Source: an uncultured archaeon
GTDB taxonomy: Archaea; Asgardarchaeota; Lokiarchaeia; Helarchaeales; HEL-GB-A
Direction of reading: 5' to 3'
DNA length: 8,062 nt
NCBI GenBank assembly: GCA_964353755.1
Contig: CAYGYC010000215.1
Location: 1-8,062, forward strand
In this document: positions 4,744 through 8,062 of the stretch, in pieces
How the letters are laid out: the number at the start of each line of letters is the position of its first letter
Position numbering within the stretch: position 1 is the stretch's first letter
The notes under the pieces: model-generated
Seen by the model: only the letters and a program-made list of their open reading frames with translations
What the model was told of the DNA's origin: nothing
Database searches by the model: none
Made by a program: the position numbers and the translations under genes

Positions 4744-4910
4744 ATCCAGAGACCGCGGGACCGAAGCCCGCCCCATCATAGAAGAAGTCCTTCGTGCAGG
4801 CGAACGGCCCTAAAAAAACCCGCGCGTGAGAGAAAAAAACCCCGGACTTCCATGCAGGGGTAGCCAAGCTGGTCAACGGCGCTGGACTTAAGATCCAGTC
4901 TCGAAGGAGA

Positions 4911-4970
4911 TTGAAACGAGCGCTGTCGTTTGGACCTGCATCTATGGGCACTACGCCCATTGGCCTGTCT
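4911..4970 (+). other. tRNA-Leu variable-arm insertion, about 60 nt (boundaries approximate)
   Basis: 74 nt lie between the anticodon stem and the T-stem, where about 14 are expected. The insertion has hairpins AAACGA-GCGCUG-UCGUUU (4914-4931) and AUGGGC-ACUAC-GCCCAU (4945-4960), closed by GGAGA 4906-4910 / UCUCC 4968-4972. Confidence 0.5.
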
Positions 4971-4983
4971 CCGTGGGTCCGAA

Positions 4984-5012
4984 AAACTCTCCCAAAACTG
5001 GGAGTTCGGAAA
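4984..5012 (+). other. tRNA-Leu T-loop intron (about 59/60), 29 nt
   Basis: The fold reads GUGGG-UCCG-[AAA]-AA(CU)CUCCCA AAAC UGGGAG UU-CGGA-[AAU]-CCCAC. This is two 3-nt bulges around a perfect 4-bp helix. The spliced T-loop would be UCCGAAU. Confidence 0.7.
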
Positions 5013-5031
5013 TCCCACCCCCTGCATCCCC

Positions 5032-5046
5032 TTTTTTTCTTTTTTC
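5032..5046 (+). terminator. oligo-T terminators after tRNA-Leu
   Basis: T7 (5032-5038) and T6 (5041-5046) begin 6 nt after the tRNA-Leu discriminator. Confidence 0.55.
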
Positions 5047-5464
5047 AGGCAAAAACTCTTATTTTAAGCTTTACCTTTTGCGTAAAAAGACCTGTAGAAT
5101 CCAATAATGAACCACTCAGTGGTAGAAAGGTCTAGTCCTGAAGAAAAAATTGGGGTATGTGCTAAAATCCATAATCTTTAATAAGGCGCTATAAGATCTT
5201 TTCTCCATATAATAAATTAACAAAATAACAAATCACATTCATCATATTTCATAAAATCAATCATTAAATACTCATCAGATGAAAAAGGGAATGGAGTCCC
5301 ATTCCCGTGAAGAGAAAAAAATCATGATCATACTTTACCTCTTTAATAGAGTTTCCACGACGATAAGTAGAGACCTGAAAAGAGAGCAAGTTAGACATAT
5401 AATCTGATCTGCTATTTTTGATTGGTTTTATTAAAAAAATGAAAAGAAATAAGGTGAAGATTAT

Positions 5465-6763
5465 ATGTCACATCCAGTTTCAACTACAAAGTATATAATT
5501 CATGGACTAATTGAAGTTGAAGGGGTTGTAGAAAAACCCGATGTTGTTGGTGCCATATTTGGGCAGACGGAAGGCTTATTGGGCGAAGAATTAGACCTTC
5601 GAGAATTACAGAAGACCGGACGGATTGGGCGAATTCAAGTCAATATTGAATCGAAGGAAGGCAAATCGACAGGGGAAATTCTGATTCCCTCCAGTTTAAA
5701 CCGGGTGGAAACATCTATTTTAGCATCTGCTTTGGAAACGGTTGATAGGGTCGGTCCGTGCACTGCAAAAATCCTCTTAGAACAAATTGAAGATGTGCGC
5801 GAAGTGAAACGGCGGCAAATAATTAATCGCGCGGCGAACATTCTAAAGCACTGGGAAGAAGATACGATTCCTGAAAGCCAGGAACTCACCAATGAAGTTA
5901 TGCAATCGGCGAAAGTTGGCGATATTGCCAAATATGGGCCTGAGGATCTGCCGGCAGGACCAGAGGTTGAACAAGCAACCGAATTGATCGTTGTCGAAGG
6001 GCGGGCGGATATCCTAAACTTATTAAGATGTGGAATCACGAATACCCTTGCCCTGGAAGGGACGAATGTTCCCCAAACAGTCATTGATATTTCAAAACAA
6101 AAAGAAGTGACCGCCTTTTTAGATGGCGATCGCGGCGGCGACCTCATTTTAAAAGAACTGCTTCAGGTTGCCAAAATTCAGTTTGTAGCCCGCGCACCGC
6201 CAGGAAAGGAAGTCGAAGATTTAACGAAAAAAGAACTCATTAAGTATTTAAAAAGTAAAATTCCCCTGGATAAATATTTGCAGGAACAGGAGAAAAAGAA
6301 AAAAGCCGATAAAGATAAAAAAAATAAAAAGCCGAAGAAATTCCCGCAACATGGTCCACCAAGTCCCCAAGGACCTAAACCACAACCTCCCGTACAAGCG
6401 AAAAAAGAGAAAAGTCCGGTCCAAATCCCGCTTTCTCTAATCAAAAGTATTAATCACTTAAAGGAAACCTTGCAAGCCAATCTGTTTGATTCTGACTTTA
6501 AAATAATCGAGACACTAAATGTCCGAGAACTAGCAGATAAATTGATAGAAACCCAAAGAACCGTAGCTGCCATCGTCTTTGATGGCGTAATTACTCAACG
6601 ATTGGTCGATATTGCCGCAGAAAAAAACATTAAATATTTAATTGGCGCGCGAACTAGCAGTCTTAGTAAGGTGCCTACGGATCTCCACATTATTACTTTT
6701 GACCGTATCACTATCCCTCCTGAAGCCCTTGAACCCGATGAAGAAGATTTAAAAGATCAATGA
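5465..6763 (+). CDS. dnaG: archaeal DnaG-type primase (TOPRIM domain; exosome-associated in other archaea)
   Basis: 432-aa ORF with ATG preceded by AAGGTGA 7 nt upstream. The N-terminus KYIIHGLIEVEGVVEKPDVVGAIFGQTEGLLG is typical of archaeal DnaG. The TOPRIM motifs are present: VVEGRADILNLL (Glu) and FLDGDRGGDLILKELLQ (DxD). Confidence 0.92.
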   Translation: MSHPVSTTKYIIHGLIEVEGVVEKPDVVGAIFGQTEGLLGEELDLRELQKTGRIGRIQVNIESKEGKSTGEILIPSSLNRVETSILASALETVDRVGPCTAKILLEQIEDVREVKRRQIINRAANILKHWEEDTIPESQELTNEVMQSAKVGDIAKYGPEDLPAGPEVEQATELIVVEGRADILNLLRCGITNTLALEGTNVPQTVIDISKQKEVTAFLDGDRGGDLILKELLQVAKIQFVARAPPGKEVEDLTKKELIKYLKSKIPLDKYLQEQEKKKKADKDKKNKKPKKFPQHGPPSPQGPKPQPPVQAKKEKSPVQIPLSLIKSINHLKETLQANLFDSDFKIIETLNVRELADKLIETQRTVAAIVFDGVITQRLVDIAAEKNIKYLIGARTSSLSKVPTDLHIITFDRITIPPEALEPDEEDLKDQ

Positions 6764-6888
6764 TCCTTCAGAATATTTATTTTAGAGAGATAAATTTAAT
6801 ATCCAATTTTCATTTACAAAAATGGAACTGCGTTTAATAAAAGAAAATAAAGTAGAGATACGATTCAGAAGACTTAGGCGATTCAAAT

Positions 6889-7722
6889 ATGACGGAAGAG
6901 AAACAAGATGAAGGGCTGCTATTACCCCGAGATCAATATTTAGCAGCAGGAATTCACATTGGAACTCAAATAAAAACTAAGGATATGGTTCCTTTCATTT
7001 ATCGGATTACACGAGCCGGACTCTATGTGATTGATATCCGAAAAACGGATGCCCGGATGCGAACTGCTGCCAAATTCATCTCGCGGTTTGATTCAGACAA
7101 GATTGTGATCGTCTCAGCCCGGCGATACGGGCATAATCCCATTCAACAATTCGCTTCGCTCACTGGGGCGCATGCGATTCCTGGGCGATTTATTCCGGGA
7201 AGTCTCACTAATCCCACGGCAAAAAGCTTCCTGGAATGCGACCTTTTAATCATTACAGATCCCAGAGCCGATAGACAGGCCCTACGAGAGGCTAAAATCG
7301 CTAAGATCCCCGTCCTCAGTTTCTGTGATACCGATAATAATGTCAGCAATATCGATCTCTGCGTTCCTGCCAATAATCGCGGGCGAAAAGCGCTGGCGTT
7401 AATTTTTTGGTTACTCGCCCGATCTATCCTCCTCGAGAAAGGGGAAATTGCTAAAGCCGAAGATTTCGCGGCGAGCATAACGGAGTTTCAATCGCGAGGG
7501 AAAATGCCTTATGAGGGTGCTGGAGAACAAGAGAAAATACTCGAGAAACTTGGAGAAAAGGAAAAGCGCCCTCCCGGAGAAAAAGCGGAAACTATCGGGG
7601 AATCCAAAGAACCCGGAGAGCCCTCTGAAGAAATAGTCGAATCCGAAGAAAAAATCGACGAAGAATCCGAAGACGAAATGGAAGGGGAATCCGAAGAAGA
7701 AAATCCAACAAAAAAAAGATGA
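6889..7722 (+). CDS. rps2: 30S ribosomal protein uS2 (S2p/SAe) with an acidic C-terminal extension
   Basis: 277-aa ORF. LLPRDQYLAAGIHIGTQ, LYVIDIRKTD, ITDPRADRQALREA and IPVLSFCDTDN are characteristic uS2 blocks. The last ~70 aa are Glu/Ser/Lys-rich low complexity. Confidence 0.92.
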   Translation: MTEEKQDEGLLLPRDQYLAAGIHIGTQIKTKDMVPFIYRITRAGLYVIDIRKTDARMRTAAKFISRFDSDKIVIVSARRYGHNPIQQFASLTGAHAIPGRFIPGSLTNPTAKSFLECDLLIITDPRADRQALREAKIAKIPVLSFCDTDNNVSNIDLCVPANNRGRKALALIFWLLARSILLEKGEIAKAEDFAASITEFQSRGKMPYEGAGEQEKILEKLGEKEKRPPGEKAETIGESKEPGEPSEEIVESEEKIDEESEDEMEGESEEENPTKKR

Positions 7723-7933
7723 ATCGGGTTAAAATCAAAATCCTCAGTGAATTTAAAACTTTATAACGATTCTGCCGACGAAGAGGGTATTCTATCTTTT
7801 TCTAACTAGTTGATCACCACCCCGAATGTATTTTTTCTTTCACTACGGGAATACTCTCCAATATATTCCCATATTCTCCTACTTTTAAAACAAGAATTTC
7901 CCTAGGGATATCCAAAGAATTAGAGGTTTCTCT

Positions 7934-8062
7934 GTGTGGAATGAGAAAATACTCGATGAGCTTGACCTTGACGAACTCATATCGTTATGTAATCCCCTCG
8001 AACAGTTTAAAGAGGATAAGAAAGAAACCTTCTATTTCATTCTCATCATCTTTTGGCCAAAA
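7934..8062 (+). CDS. probable 5' end of an ORF running off the window (hypothetical protein)
   Basis: GTG 7934 is preceded by GAGGT 7 nt upstream. The frame is open for 43 codons to the window end, reading VWNEKILDELDLDELISLCNPLEQFKEDKKETFYFILIIFWPK, which has protein-like composition. It is too short to assign. Confidence 0.3.
   Translation, partial: MWNEKILDELDLDELISLCNPLEQFKEDKKETFYFILIIFWPK

Larger units (their letters stand above)
4615..4847 (+). tRNA. tRNA-Met(CAU), elongator-like, multi-intron, with an aberrant 3' part
   Basis: Acceptor 5' strand GCCGGGG, UA, D-stem GCUC. The D-loop pieces A...GCCUGGU...A are split by two insertions. The anticodon arm is CUGGA-CUCAUA|intron|A-UCCAG (CAU at 4704-4706), the variable loop is AGACC, and the T-arm is GCGGG-ACCGAAG-CCCGC (4755-4771). 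Only CCC (4772-4774) of the acceptor 3' strand follows. A completing CCCCGGA lies at 4840-4846, which would give G1.A72. The core 4615-4774 is confident, but the 3' end is not. Confidence 0.6.
4854..5026 (+). tRNA. tRNA-Leu(UAA) with two introns (variable arm and T-loop)
   Basis: Acceptor GCAGGGG/CCCCUGC with discriminator A, class-II D-arm GCC-AAGCUGGUCAAC-GGC, anticodon arm CUGGA-CUUAAGA-UCCAG (UAA at 4889-4891), T-stem GUGGG/CCCAC. The gene is 173 nt and about 84 nt after removing the insertions. No CCA is encoded. Confidence 0.85.

Noticed and set aside
4703-5135. Track ORFs 4703..4960 (-), 4776..5027 (-) and 4911..5135 (+)
   Set aside because: They lie across tRNA-Met and tRNA-Leu and their introns. 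They are GC-rich RNA sequence read as protein, with no ribosome-binding or promoter context.
5277-5380. Possible box C/D sRNA around the 5287-5306 hairpin (AGAUGAA at about 5277, CUGA at about 5374)
   Set aside because: The boxes are imperfect and about 100 nt apart, far longer than archaeal C/D sRNAs of about 50-60 nt. I saw no convincing C'/D' pair.
5635-7478. Antisense ORFs 5635..6147, 6178..6444 and 7143..7478 (-)
   Set aside because: They are embedded opposite dnaG and rps2, both of which have unambiguous family motifs. The antisense translations are Ser/Arg/Phe-rich nonsense.
1-8062. CRISPR arrays, transposases/IS elements, integrases and prophage genes
   Set aside because: I looked for regularly spaced direct repeats and for mobile-element ORFs on both strands. 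The only tandem repeat is the single 31-bp duplication at 294-354, and no such ORFs are present.

Overview
Low-GC archaeal chromosomal fragment in three blocks. (1) 1-3.0 kb holds a vapB/vapC toxin-antitoxin pair on the + strand. Convergent to it is a three-gene minus-strand operon: a DUF1512-like membrane protein, a small 2-TM zinc-ribbon protein and an archaeal-type phosphopantetheine adenylyltransferase. (2) 3.4-5.05 kb is a protein-free stable-RNA island. It starts with a 5S rRNA gene whose two halves are in swapped order: the 3' domain comes first, then a UUCG tetraloop, then the 5' domain. This gene sits inside a long leader/trailer stem with a bulge-helix-bulge (BHB)-like motif. Five tRNA genes follow: Pro-UGG, Trp-CCA and Thr-UGU on the minus strand, Met-CAU and Leu-UAA on the plus strand. 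Four of them carry about ten introns in total, mostly at non-canonical positions (D-loop, 43/44, variable arm, T-loop). (3) 5.4-8.06 kb holds archaeal DnaG primase with a Lys/Pro-rich insertion, ribosomal protein uS2 with a long acidic tail, and the probable start of another ORF. I saw no CRISPR array, transposase or integrase. The main novelty candidate is the circularly permuted 5S rRNA gene, whose flanks predict excision and circularisation of a 121-nt RNA that would restore a canonical 5S sequence. All RNA folds were done by eye, so intron boundaries marked approximate are uncertain by a few nt.
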